From: Antedon mediterranea | Lineage: Eukaryota; Animalia; Echinodermata | Assembly (NCBI RefSeq): GCF_964355755.1 | Contig: NC_092679.1 | Span: 28,001 to 92,000 of the forward strand | Length of the DNA: 64,000 nucleotides | Direction of reading: 5' to 3' | Part shown: positions 1-11,674 of the stretch, piece by piece | Layout: every line of letters starts with the position of its first letter | How positions within the stretch are numbered: position 1 is the stretch's first letter | Translations under genes and position numbers: made by a program | The notes under the pieces: model-generated | What the model saw: the letters and a program-made list of their open reading frames with translations, nothing else | Databases searched by the model: none | Told to the model about the DNA's origin: nothing

Positions 1-904
1 ACCTGTATTTTTATTATTAAACATTTCGATTTCGCGCGCGTTTTCGGTTGTGGTGGTGTCGTCCTCGTCGGCAGAGGCAGAAGATTAGTTTTTATAATCC
101 AGACGTCGACTATGTTGTACGACAATAAAGCTAAGAGCAGTTGGTTTTTCTTTCTCGTTCGTATCGTAGTAATTAACGTACAATTGTATAAAATTAACAT
201 TAAATGTAAACATTTCATCTGTAAAACAATTACACATATAATTAAATCAATCTTCAATTATTCTCGCGTAGGATCTACCCATCTATTCTAATCTATGTAG
301 TATTTATGGAACTTTTTAGCATTGAAAGCCCAACTTTTAAAAATTCTAATAGGACTCCGCTATAGGCCTATAGGGCTATATTTTCTGACCGATTTATATT
401 TAATTTATACATACTTTTTAATTTACTTACTGTATTTATTATTTAAAGATGTTTAAAGGCTCTAGTAGGCCTAACAGTGGGGGAGGGGGGGGGGGTAGAT
501 AAAGGTATTATAACTTGAATTTTATGTTTCTTTTTTCTTTTTTAATTTTTTTTTCGTGCTAGGGCCTATAGCAACAATTATCCACCACCAGACATGTTAA
601 TTATTACATTAGTTTAAAGACGGTCCATGGTTATAAAAAAGTACATATATATAGGCCTAACTATCGATATAAAGTTTGCGGTACACACCCGTTTGCAGGT
701 GAGGAACTCAACTGGTCTTTCAGAACTAATAATATAAACGTGGAATGGCGGTTTTAAAGCTAAGGTACAGGCATGAATTTTAAATATAATATCTGGTTAA
801 TTGTACATAAATAAAATATTTGTAACAGAAATCAAGACGAAAAAACATGAATTTCCCTTAATATGGTCAAATACAAAATTTGTCAAAATTCTGACATAAA
901 AACC

Positions 905-3000
905 AGGAAGACTTTTTTTCAGTAGTTAGGTAGTTTAACCTAATGTAATAACATGTCTGGTGACTCCCTAGAAGGTGAAAAAAGATGGTGGATATATGGT
1001 GGATAATTTTTGCTATAGCATGAAAATAAAAATCTGAAGTTGAATAAAAATACCAGAAATGTAATATTAAAGTTATATTACCTATAGTCATCTGATAACA
1101 TTTTTTACCACACCGTTTATTTTTCATAGCTTTTTAAAATGCCTCTCTATTTACAAAATTTGTGTACAAAAGAATAGAGATTTCTCTGTGTAATTCAGTG
1201 GTGGCGCCAGCGGGGGGGGGGGGGCTACGGGGGCTGTAGCCCCCTCGTCGGGGAGCCTAGCCCCACGTCGGGGAACGCGAGTACTTTTCGTCGGGGAATA
1301 TAATATAAAGTAAAAATCATTCGCGTTCACTTCGTAGCTTCAGCGACTAGAAAACCGCCAAGTTCAATTTTTGTTAAGTACGTCGGAGGGCTATTACACT
1401 TTATTATGCATGTGCATTATTGCCAGCGATCTAGTAAACAATAGGTATGCACTTGTCTGGCGGTGTCCCTTTGTACGAATCGTTTAACATTGGGCCCGGC
1501 CCATTGCGGTTTACGCGTGATATCATGTTCCACCACCCAGGGACCAGAATGTGTACTGTAATTACTTTCCAGGCGAAGTTTACTGACGCGTTACGTCGTG
1601 TACTGTGTATCGACAGCAAAAGGGTACGAATTATCTTCGCGATCTATTTTATTCGTATGTTCAATTTTTTAATTTACGATTACCGTGGTGTACCTGAACC
1701 TGAAATAGACGTTTTTCAATGTAGGCTCGGCCTACATTACTAAACAAAAAACATGCCATTTTCGTTTAGCCAACATCTTATTATAGCTAAGTTATTACAT
1801 TTCCAATGTCCTGTATGTCATGAACTGCTCGTACATCGAAATTCCAGATTCACATCTGGGAAATAAACTGATTTCCCCGACGGAAAATGGTGTACGCTTG
1901 TGGATGCATTCCCCTCCAAATAAAAGGTAAAAAGGGTAACTTGTTTAGGTCTCTATGTCTGAATTTTTTTAAAGTATAGGTGTAATTTTTGAAGACCTGC
2001 ATCTCTAGTTTTCAATTGTCTTAGCTCAACCGTCCCCAATTATAGAGCTGGTCATGTATACTTACCGTACATTTTGTTTCATATTTCGATGTACAATATA
2101 CAGTCAGTGCATTGAACCTACCCTAATGGTAGGGCTGGTGCTGGAGCCTTATATATTTTGTTTCTTTTTTTCGAAATACTATAATCCAATATCCGAGGAC
2201 CTAACAACTCTGGTTGTTTAAATGTCCTTAGCTCCATCTCAACCTCGGTGGGCTTGTTCTGATAGACTTGTAATTTCGTTTTATATATCAATGTATAATT
2301 GAAATTTCCGGGGACCTAGCAGCTCTATTTTACAAAATTTTCTTACAGATCAGAGGCCATGGATATCTCGCGCATTTACAATGTTTGCACCCCCAGACAG
2401 CAAACTGCCTACGTCTCTGCGATTATAACGATATACCTCTTGGCCCCCGTGGGTAGGTTTTACGTTCGCGTATATTTTCTATGATAGGCATATTGAACTT
2501 TAAAAACTTTATTTTTAAATTTGAAAGAATGGATTTACACAGTCATCATACCGGACCTCTTGCAATGTATTTTTCACACAGTATTTTATTTATGTACCAT
2601 ACAAAATTGAAAAAATTGGCTACCCTAAATCTGATTAAAACGGCCTCAAATTACGCTATAACGTGTTGCTTCCGGGGGCTCCCCCCACATGGACCCCCAC
2701 CAGGGGCCCTTGGCGGTCCCCATGGCCCAGCCAAGTGATGCTCGCTTCACTCGCATAGGCCCCCCCCCCCCGTCGGGGAATTTAGCCCCCCGCGTCGGAA
2801 AGATCCTGGCGCCACCCCTGGTGTAATTTGAACTATTCCCCCCCCCCCCCACTGATAAGAAAGTGCTTATTTTCAACAAGCTCGTGTAACACAAATAAAA
2901 TCCCAAAAATTATGAAACATAGGGGAAACTATAGATCGATAATTATAGGAATGTATGATCAATAAAAAATTTTTGCCCGCACCTGGCCTGGCCTTTAAAA
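905..3000. mobile_element. Dispersed non-autonomous element (host of a nested hAT); uninterrupted inverted copy at ~19100-19560
   Basis: 905-1195 plus 2821-2995 is the reverse complement of 19100-19560 once the 1196-2820 insert is removed. One end reads GCCCGCACCTGGCC..TTTAA (TTAA-flanked, Kolobok-like); the other end is not resolved. Confidence 0.7.
1196..2820. mobile_element. Non-autonomous hAT-family DNA transposon (1.6 kb)
   Basis: 15-bp TIRs CAGTGGTGGCGCCAG / CTGGCGCCACCCCTG; exact 8-bp TSD GTGTAATT at 1188-1195 and 2821-2828; the empty site with a single GTGTAATT is present (reverse complement) near 19260; no transposase ORF. Confidence 0.9.
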
Positions 3001-3104
3001 TAAACAGCAACACGACGATTATTATATTATTAAACATTTTAACACTTTCATGATTCAATTTAAATTAGGTACTACAACAACGACAGGGCGGGTACATTGT
3101 TATC

Positions 3105-4358
3105 TACGGAAGCCCGTTCGGGCCACAAGTTAACTATATTTTAAAAGCTGTTATCTGGCGGCCGCCACTTAATTATCTGGCGGCCGCCACTTAATTATCT
3201 GGCGGCCGCCACTTAATAATTAGTACGTACATGTCCCGTTCACGTGACATGTACGTGCATTGGATCAGAGGCGATGTTGCATATGGAACGCCATCGCTGC
3301 CTCCGGCAGCAAACTTTAATTCTTTTCGGCTCTTTTACAACCATTACGTTCGGCTCTTTTAGCATTCGGCGCATTTCTATTCGGCCCATTTACCATATTT
3401 ACGATTAAAGATGTGTTGAATAACCTAAAATTAATCCATCTTTTTACAAATTTTGAGAGAGAAAGAGTAAATTATTGTTTTTAAAAGTTAGGCGGACACT
3501 AGACTAGGTCTAGCTAGCCTAGGCCATAAATCAAACCTTTTCTCTTTCAAAATAGTCAATAAGGTGGGACAATTGCAAGTTCTCTAACACATTAATCATG
3601 TCAACAAAATGATTAGTCATATTGAAATAGCCTTCAAATTCATTTAATTCAACCAACCAAACACTCTACATGCTGCATCTATATGTTTTGTAAACTTTTC
3701 ATAGACTCATTTCCAGCCGTTGATTTTCTTCCATTTGACACCATGTAAAAGGTTAGAATTTAATTGCGCCGTATAAAAAAATCAAAAAGAGCCGAACGTA
3801 ATGGTAAAAGGGCCGAATAAAAAAGAGCCGAATGCTGAAAGAGCCGAACGTAAAGGTAAATGGGCCGAATAGAAATGCGCCGAATGGTAAAAGAGCCGAA
3901 TAGAATTAAATTTTGCTGCCGGAGGCAGCGATGGCGTTCCATATGCAACATCGCCTCTGATCCAATGCACGTACATGTCACGTGAACGGGACATGTACTA
4001 ATAATTAAGTGGCGGCCGCCAGATAGTTAAGTGGCGGCCGCCAGATAATTAAGTGGCGGCCGCCAGATAATTAAGTGGCAGCCGGCAGATAATTAAGTGG
4101 CGGCCGCCAGTTAATTAAGTGGCGGCCGCCAGATAATTAAGTGCCGGCCGCCAGATAATTAAGTGCCGGCCGCCAGATAATTAAGTGGCGGCCGCCAGAT
4201 AATTAAGTGGCGGCCGCCAGATAATTAAGTGGCGGCCACCAGATAATTAAGTGGCGGCCGCCAGATAATTAAGTGGCGGCCGCCAGATAATTAAGTGGCG
4301 GCCGCCAGATAACAGCTTTTAAAATATAGTTATCTTGTGGCCCGAACGGGCTTCCGTA
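3105..4358. mobile_element. Non-autonomous TIR transposon, IS3EU-like (TACGG...CCGTA ends, 6-bp TSD)
   Basis: Long (~290 bp) terminal inverted repeats starting TACGGAAGCCCGTTCGGGCCACAAG; GTTATC duplicated at 3099-3104 and 4359-4364. TAY..RTA termini with a 6-bp TSD match my recollection of IS3EU. Confidence 0.75.
4003..4312. repeat. 21-bp tandem array (TAATTAAGTGGCGGCCGCCAGA-type), ~15 copies, in the right TIR; 3 inverted copies at ~3150-3215
   Basis: Directly visible; most units carry a NotI site GCGGCCGC. Confidence 0.95.
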
Positions 4359-4378
4359 GTTATCATTAATATTATTAA

Positions 4379-6969
4379 AGTTGTATTGTCCCCCAAAACA
4401 TGAAAAATGAAGATCAATTAAATCAAATTTTGAATAGACCATATTGTAGCTATAATAAAGTTGTTCACTTTCGCCGAAAAAAAATCCGAAAAAAATATTA
4501 ATTTCGCTAAGAAAAAAGCAAAATAAGTTAATCAATTTTCCCAACTTGTCAGCTCAAAATTTAGGCCGATAGAGCTAACTCATAAATATGCATGATATGT
4601 TAATGAGCATCGACACAGCTGGGATCTGATCTAACAAACATGGAAGATGCACGTTGTGTACACAACACCCACAGATCGACGCGACTCGACTGGGGGTTTC
4701 CCCTGATCGTATGTAAAGCTAAGCTGTTAATTTGTCGGTAAGTAGGCCTAGACGGTTATTTTAAATATAATAATTATATATATAACGCAAACTAGACAGA
4801 CGTTTGTAATAACAGGAAGGTAATTAATTAACTTAGCCTGGGATTTTTTCAGGGCTAGGCCTAGAATAATACATGCATAGGCCTAGGCTAGTAGTAGTAG
4901 TAGTAGAGGAGGCAGGCTGCTGGGACAATCGGGTCTCTGCAGAAAATGCCCAGCTAGGCCCTATACATTGTACTCTTCATAGACTGGCCTAGGCTAGGCC
5001 ATCAATCCGAAAATACAGCCAGCCTGCTGTACCATATACATAATTTACAGTTGAATCTTGTTTAACTAGTTTTTATGATAAAAATAAAACAAACATTTTT
5101 TCAGGGAAAATGGTTACAATACAACTTACAAGCCTGAAGTTGAGAACCTTCCTCCAGCAGCACTGTACAAGTAGACAGAGGGGAAAAGCCAGTTTAGCCA
5201 TTTTACCACACAAACTACTGTTCTTTACCATGTAACTCTGTACTGTAGTAAGTCAAATATTTGTTTTCTCTTTATTAAGTCTTAGTTGTAATGTGTTTTA
5301 CCATAGAAAGTTAGTGTACTTATTTGTCAAAGCAAGCAATTTCACTAGCCCACATTTTGCACTAAATGTGCATGATCTAGACCTATTTATAAATACCAAA
5401 TTCCAGGTTTTCGTACTTTGCCGAAATTAAAAACTTTAGATTTTGTGAAATATTTAACTTATTTATACATCATTATTTAAACATTTTTATTTAAAGACGT
5501 TGAGCTGATGAAGACTGGAACAGAGGTCACATTTGTACTTCATAAAGACAACTGATGATAGACTCTGTATATGATTGGATATTGCAAGAAAAATATTTGT
5601 GATGCTGCATTCGGCCAATATGTTCCTGTTCAGCTTGTAAAATGTTGTATAATTTTTTTTATAAAGCAATAATATTTGTACAGTATATTATTTTGTAAAC
5701 ATAACATTCAATAAATAAAAAATACTACTACAACAGTACACAGAATAAATTCTTCAATTTTACTTACACTTCATAATGTTACTGTAAATATTACATTGCA
5801 AAAGGAGTTAATAAAAAATATATATAGGCCTATATACAGTTACAGTATATCTTATTGAATTCCTGTATTGTTTTTTGTGTCAATTTGTCTACTAATATCA
5901 ATGTGTTGATTGTGGCAGTAATTACGGCAGCTATAGTCTTCTAAGATCGCTCATATCCATTACAAAGTGTCATTTTAATAGTAAGAAATGTTTCAATAAA
6001 TTGTGAATGTTGCCGATACATTTTGTGTTTCTCACTACTTCACTTGCTCTTATTGTTCAATCAATGTTAATACCTGAAAAAAAAGAAGAAAATTGTGTCA
6101 AATATCTGCATAAAATGCTTAATTGTGCAAATGTTGATTTGAACCTATTGCATTTGATGCAGAAAATATTTTTAAAATACTGTACAGTAAACATTCAAAA
6201 CAATATTTAGATTTATTTGGTAATTTTCTCTGCAGAATAGATAGTTGAAATCCTAACAAATTAAACCAATTTATCAGGATGCCAAACAAAATTATAAAAA
6301 AAAAATACATCCCTCCTGGTGGTGGTCTAGCCCTAGCTAGTAGTGTACTGCCTAGCCTAGGCCTACTACCTCTACTTATAGAAACAGGAGGCAGCAGTAA
6401 GGCTACTCGAGACTGCCTGCCATGTGGTTGTGCTAGTTAGTACTAGGCCTACTAGTATGTAGTAGACTAGTATACAGTAGCAGAAAACTCGGGCCTAGGG
6501 CCTAGGCCTAGCTAGGCCTCTCCTGCTAGCGAAACAAAAACTCACCTAAATGAATAAGATTCAACATCAAAGTTACCAACTGCAGTTCTACTTAGTATTC
6601 TGCTAGCTATAGTTTTCGTGTTTTCTTCAAGATCGTCTCGCGTCACTACTCGACTCTCTCTATGCATTGCTATCGTCGCGTTGTTGGCTGTTTGTTGAGA
6701 GAACCATCATCCACAAGATGTATCCATACAATATGAATATTTATGAGCTAACTCAGGTCAAGGGTTAAATTAAACCGGAACACGTTTGTCTTCCAGACAA
6801 ATAGCTTCCGGTTGGTTAATTTTTGCTTTAAATTACGATTTTCTCGAGTAAAACATTTTTTTTTTCGATCCAATTTCAGTTCAAAGTGAATAACTTTTAT
6901 GTGCAATTAAAATGGCCTATTCAACAAAAATATTAAAAAAAAAAATGTTTTCAGGGGGACAATACATCT
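4379..6969. mobile_element. Kolobok-like non-autonomous transposon (2.6 kb)
   Basis: TTAA|AGTTGTATTGTCCCCC...GGGGGACAATACATCT|TTAA (TTAA TSD, AG..CT termini); the same ends occur on a 319-bp element at 62236-62554. Confidence 0.85.
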
Positions 6970-7119
6970 TTAATATTAACCGTTGTTAAGCTTACGTTTA
7001 ATTTAGCGTTAATTTATTGCACGCTCCATCATCATCCACATTAACACGCTCCACACATAAATCTGCTGATTAACTTATCGATTACCACGTGATTTAGTAC
7101 AGCAGTCTTAAATGGGCCT

Positions 7120-7165
7120 GTCACCTGACAACAACAAACTTGTTTTGGTTACGGTGCTTGGTTAC
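7120..7165 (+). promoter_or_regulatory. Candidate RFX X-box motifs upstream of CCDC42
   Basis: GTCACCTGACAAC (7120-7132) and GGTGCTTGGTTAC (7153-7165), 70-115 bp upstream of the ATG of a cilia/flagella-associated gene. Confidence 0.5.
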
Positions 7166-7234
7166 CTTATTTTTTATACGAAAAACTGATTCGGAGAGAG
7201 TTAGACTAAGTTTTTTGTTTGTATACTTTTGAAA

Positions 7235-10200
7235 ATGGCTTCCATCCAATTACGATCATTTGATTTAGAACTCGATCCACAGAAACGAAGCATTTTCGTG
7301 ACCCAGCTGGCCGAGCCAGGGTGAGTATATTAATTAATAATAATACTACTACAGTACTTTTACTCTAGCTAGGCCTAGTACAGTAGGCCTACTAGGCTAC
7401 TTAGATACTTTTAAACTTAGTTAGAGAGGATAGCCTCTCTATCTATCTATCTATCTATCTAGTTAGACTTAGAGGCCTATATTGTAGTAGTAGGCCCTAG
7501 CTAGCCCGTATGATGGGCCTACTAAAGTAGGCCTATTTCTATTATAGGTCAATATAATATAGAACAATATATTATAATAATAGAATAAGGCTAGTCCTAG
7601 CCTATAAAATAGGCCATATGGACCATAGTATAGGCGTATGGGCCTGATCTGTATCTTAAAAAGCCTTAATTTAAATAATATAATATTTAATAATATTTCT
7701 TGATTATTATTCCTTAATATTTAGAGAGTATTTGGATTGTCACAACTGAAAATAAAAATGGTAATAATATATAATGATTGTATGTATAGGTTTGAGGAGG
7801 AAGAAGAAGAAAGGGAAGATGTTAATAGATATCCAATTGTGAAGGAGGTATGTTTTTATACGCATAAATATAAACAAGAATTATTATAAATTCTTCAATT
7901 TGTTAAATGAGTCTAATATTATAATTAGTATAGTAATAACAGCTACGTACTACTTACTACTACTACGTAACTACTACTACTACTATTGTTAATTTGTTTT
8001 ATTTTTTATAAAAAGTCAGCAGGTACACTTATTGAAACTGGTTTAAACACTGCGCAAAAGACATTACTACTTAAACGACAAGTTGAAGTAGAGAAGGTAT
8101 CAAAAGAACTCACAACTAAAAGAGATGACTTCAAAAAACGAATGGACAACTGTGATAGAAAACGAATTGAAATGCAGAAGAGACAACAGAAAGTAGGTTT
8201 TATAACACACCTGAAGAGTAGTCTGAGTATCTTTGATATTTTGTAACTTTGTGCAATTCAATCAAATGATTCCATTAAGAACTGCCTTCAAAATTTAATA
8301 ATACTCCCAATAATACTAATAGTTGAACAGCAAAATGTAATCAACAAATAAATTTGACATTTCATAGGACTGGTCTTCACGAGTAAAGTAAGCATAATTT
8401 TAATTAATAACTTATTTTCAGATGAAAGATAGGGTACACAAATTTGAAAAATTTATTGAAGATAACGAGGCAAAAAGAAGAAGAGCTATTCATAAATATC
8501 AGACTGAATTACGACTGAAAGAACAAAAAAATTATGAATTTGAGGTGTTAAAAGAACAACTAGAAGAACTGAGAAACAGGTATGTGTGTTTCTATATATT
8601 TTTAAGGGCTCTAAATGGTCAGGATAGACCACCTTAAAAAAATATGGGAATAAATGGTAGTAATAAAATAAGGACAAGCCCAATTACAGAAGTTGAAAGA
8701 AAATAAAAGAGCTATTAATTTTCATTTTACTGTATAACTGATCTTTATGCACTATATAAATTATTATTATTATTAGACATATGTCATTGTGTGATAAACT
8801 TGCACGGTACAAGAAATTTGAAGAATATTTAACAAGGGTTTTGGATGATCTACCTGAAAGTAAGTCAATATTGGTTTTTGTTAATGCATGAATAAAATGT
8901 ATGCAATGATTTGTGTACATTCAAAGCTAACATAATAATAATAAATACAAATTGAAAACAATATGAACTAGAAGGTACTCCGAGAGTACAAACCTCCGCT
9001 TACGGTAAAACAATATGAACTAGAGGGTACTCCGAGAGTACAAACCTCCGCCTACGGTAAAACAATATGAACTAGAGGGTACTCCGAGAGTACAAACCTC
9101 CGCCTACGGTAAAATTCCCCTACATAAAATGTCCCCGGAAAATATATATATATTTTTTAATTTTTTTTTTTTATTATATCTTAGTGTAAATAGGCTAACT
9201 GCACACTACAAAGTTGTGGATGAGAGTTTGGTGTAATGGTTATGTATCCAGCCTCTCACAGTTGAGATTGCTGGTTCAAGCCCTGCTGAGGTTTTTTTTT
9301 TTTTATTATTTTTTTATTTCTTTTTTTTTTTTTTGGACCTTGATCTTTGACCCTGACCCTTCAAAATTTAACCACAATTATATGATGAGTCATTGATCAC
9401 TGTGGCTAAGTCTGGTGAGAATCGGATAAAAACTGTGGTTTCTAGGCAGTAATATAGTTTTTTGTTAGTTGTGACCTTGACTTATGACCTTTTCCCCTCA
9501 AATTCGAACTCTTCCAAGCTTTTGGGGCATAGATCATTGTGGCCAAATTTGGTGAGAATCGGATAAAAACTGTGGCCTCCAGGCTGTTCACAGACACACA
9601 CACAAACATACAGGGGTTTGGCGGAGGTAATAATAATAAGTGTGTTCTATTTAGATTATCTTGAAGTGAACAATGAGTCAATGTTGACAAGTATTATGGA
9701 TCGTCATAAAACATTAACTTCAACCAACAACAATTTGATTGAAAAGGTTGCTGGTTTATATGATGGAATGGAAAATGAAAACCAGACACTAGATGACATG
9801 AAATATAACCATAACCAGAATATTTTAGTAAGTCTATGCTTATATTTTAAAACTGCTATCATTTTTTCTGTATCTTAAAAACTAAACAAGAGTAAAATAT
9901 TTACTGTATGATTTATTACAATAGGTAATAAACCGTCAATTGGCAGAGTTGCAGTCAGTCCAAGAGCAGACCGTTGTTGACACTACGCAAATGGAAGAGG
10001 TTGTGATAAATAAGCAGGATAACTTTCGTCACCAGGTAGAGTAAAAATTTAACTAAAGTAAAAAACACAAATTATGTAAGTTACATTAAGTTACTCTTGA
10101 TGAATTATGTGGAGTAACCTTTTAAGGACCTTTGTGGTTGTATAAATTCACTTTTGTGCAAATTTTAATATTGAAATCACTTGGTTGAAGTTTGTTACTT

Positions 10201-11291
10201 CAATGCCTAGAATCTTTATTTCTAAGTTTTCATTTTGACAACTAAGGATATGTTCAGACTTACGGTGTTAGGTTTGTTATCTAACACAGGCCATACGGTA
10301 ATTTGTGGCTTTAAAGGTCAAGATGTTCAAACACAATGATCAATATTCCAATGCCTTTCGTGCGAGACGTAACAATTGTCTAATGTTAATCCGCAGCCCA
10401 GTTCAGACACAAAAATATGTATACCGCTTACATAATGCTACTACCTTAACGACACAAGTCTGAACATACCCGTAATGATTTACAGACAATTGACCGATTG
10501 ATTTTAATTCAGAGCCTCTGAAGGAACTGTTAGCAATAAATAATTTATATTATGTTTAATAATAATGTATAGAGTTGGAAAAACTACAATAATGAAGAGT
10601 GAATACAATTCACATTTTGGTAAATTTTTGTTAAATTATTTTGTTAAATGTGACTAATATCTTAACCTAGAATTGCTTGGTTGGTTTGTGAAGAATAACT
10701 TTCTAGATATAAATATGTACATAGGGAATTGGTATAGATACCTTCATAACCTGCATGTTGCTATATTAATATTGTCAATTGGTGAAGGGTATGATTGCCA
10801 CTAAAAAGTTGCTTGCAAGTTCTATGCAAGTAGATGTAAAGGTGAATATACTCTTTTTGAAGTCTACATTTTTATTAATAACATGGTTTTATATAGGTAT
10901 TTATTTATCATGTGTTGACAGAGTGAATTACTAGGCAGAATCAAGATGGCCATCACAAATTTATCTGAAAGATGTTCAACATCTCCTAACCCTCAGCCAG
11001 TTCACAGGAATGATCCATTTCAGCAGCTTACACAAATTATGGTAAACAATTTCACTAAGATAAAGTTTAGTTAAAAGTGTATTTTCCAAAGATTTAATTT
11101 TTAGTTTGACAAACCTCAATGTTTTTCTTTAGGAATTTACAATAGAAAGAGTTGGAGTTGAAAAGATGGCAAGATCTAGTGACCACTGTCTTGAAAGCTG
11201 TAAAGAGGATGACGACAGAAGCAGTGGAATTAGGAGTATTGTTAAACAAAATACTGCTGCTGCTGTTAGACAGAATATGCTGTTCAAATAA
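7235..11291 (+). CDS. CCDC42: Coiled-coil domain-containing protein 42 / CFAP73 family (DUF4200), ~374 aa
   Basis: Phase-consistent GT-AG exons 7235-7320, 7790-7847, 8016-8192, 8422-8579, 8777-8859, 9655-9827, 9925-10035, 10922-11041, 11133-11291. Motifs TLLLKRQVE, KFEKFIEDNEAKRRRA, YKKFEEYLTRV and LGRIKMAITNL are typical of the family. Confidence 0.85.
8955..9632 (-). mobile_element. Helentron/HINE-like non-autonomous element in a CCDC42 intron; its end plus flank is triplicated (52-bp unit, 8955-9113)
   Basis: AACTAGA end, hairpin GTACTCCGAGAGTAC, subterminal inverted pair ACCTCCGCC / GGCGGAGGT(AAT), internal TGACCTT repeats. Confidence 0.6.
10245..10472. mobile_element. MITE, Harbinger-like
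   Basis: Inverted ends GGATATGTTCAGACTT / AAGTCTGAACATACCC with TAA-type flanks. Confidence 0.55.
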
Positions 11292-11306
11292 TAGTAATGT
11301 GCGTAC

Positions 11307-11674
11307 GAACCATTCAGACCCTATAGGGTCATGACAAACATGTACTTAGTAATGAATATGAACCATTCAGACCCTATAGGGTCATGACTAACATGTACTT
11401 AGTAATGAATATGAACCATCCAGACCCTATAGGGTCATGACAAACATGTACTTAGTAATGAATATGAACCATCCAGACCCTATAGGGTCATGACAAACAT
11501 GTACTTAGTAATGAATATGAACCATCCAGACCATATAGGGTCATGAAAAACATGTACTTAGTAATGAATATGAACCATCCAGACCCTATAGGGTACTTAG
11601 TAATGAATATGAACCATCCAGACCCTATAGGGTACTTAGTAATGAATATGAACCATCCAGACCCTATAGGGTCA
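11307..11674. repeat. 53-bp minisatellite (with shorter deletion units) starting 16 bp after the CCDC42 stop codon
   Basis: Unit GAACCATCCAGACCCTATAGGGTCATGACAAACATGTACTTAGTAATGAATAT, about 7 copies. Confidence 0.95.

Noticed and set aside
9225-9292. tRNA-like sequence with A/B boxes followed by a T-run
   Set aside because: Could not fold a convincing cloverleaf; it lies inside a transposon derivative and is at best SINE-like.
11152-11334. 60-aa ORF from the supplied track
   Set aside because: Alternative frame of the CCDC42 last exon (true frame 11133-11291).
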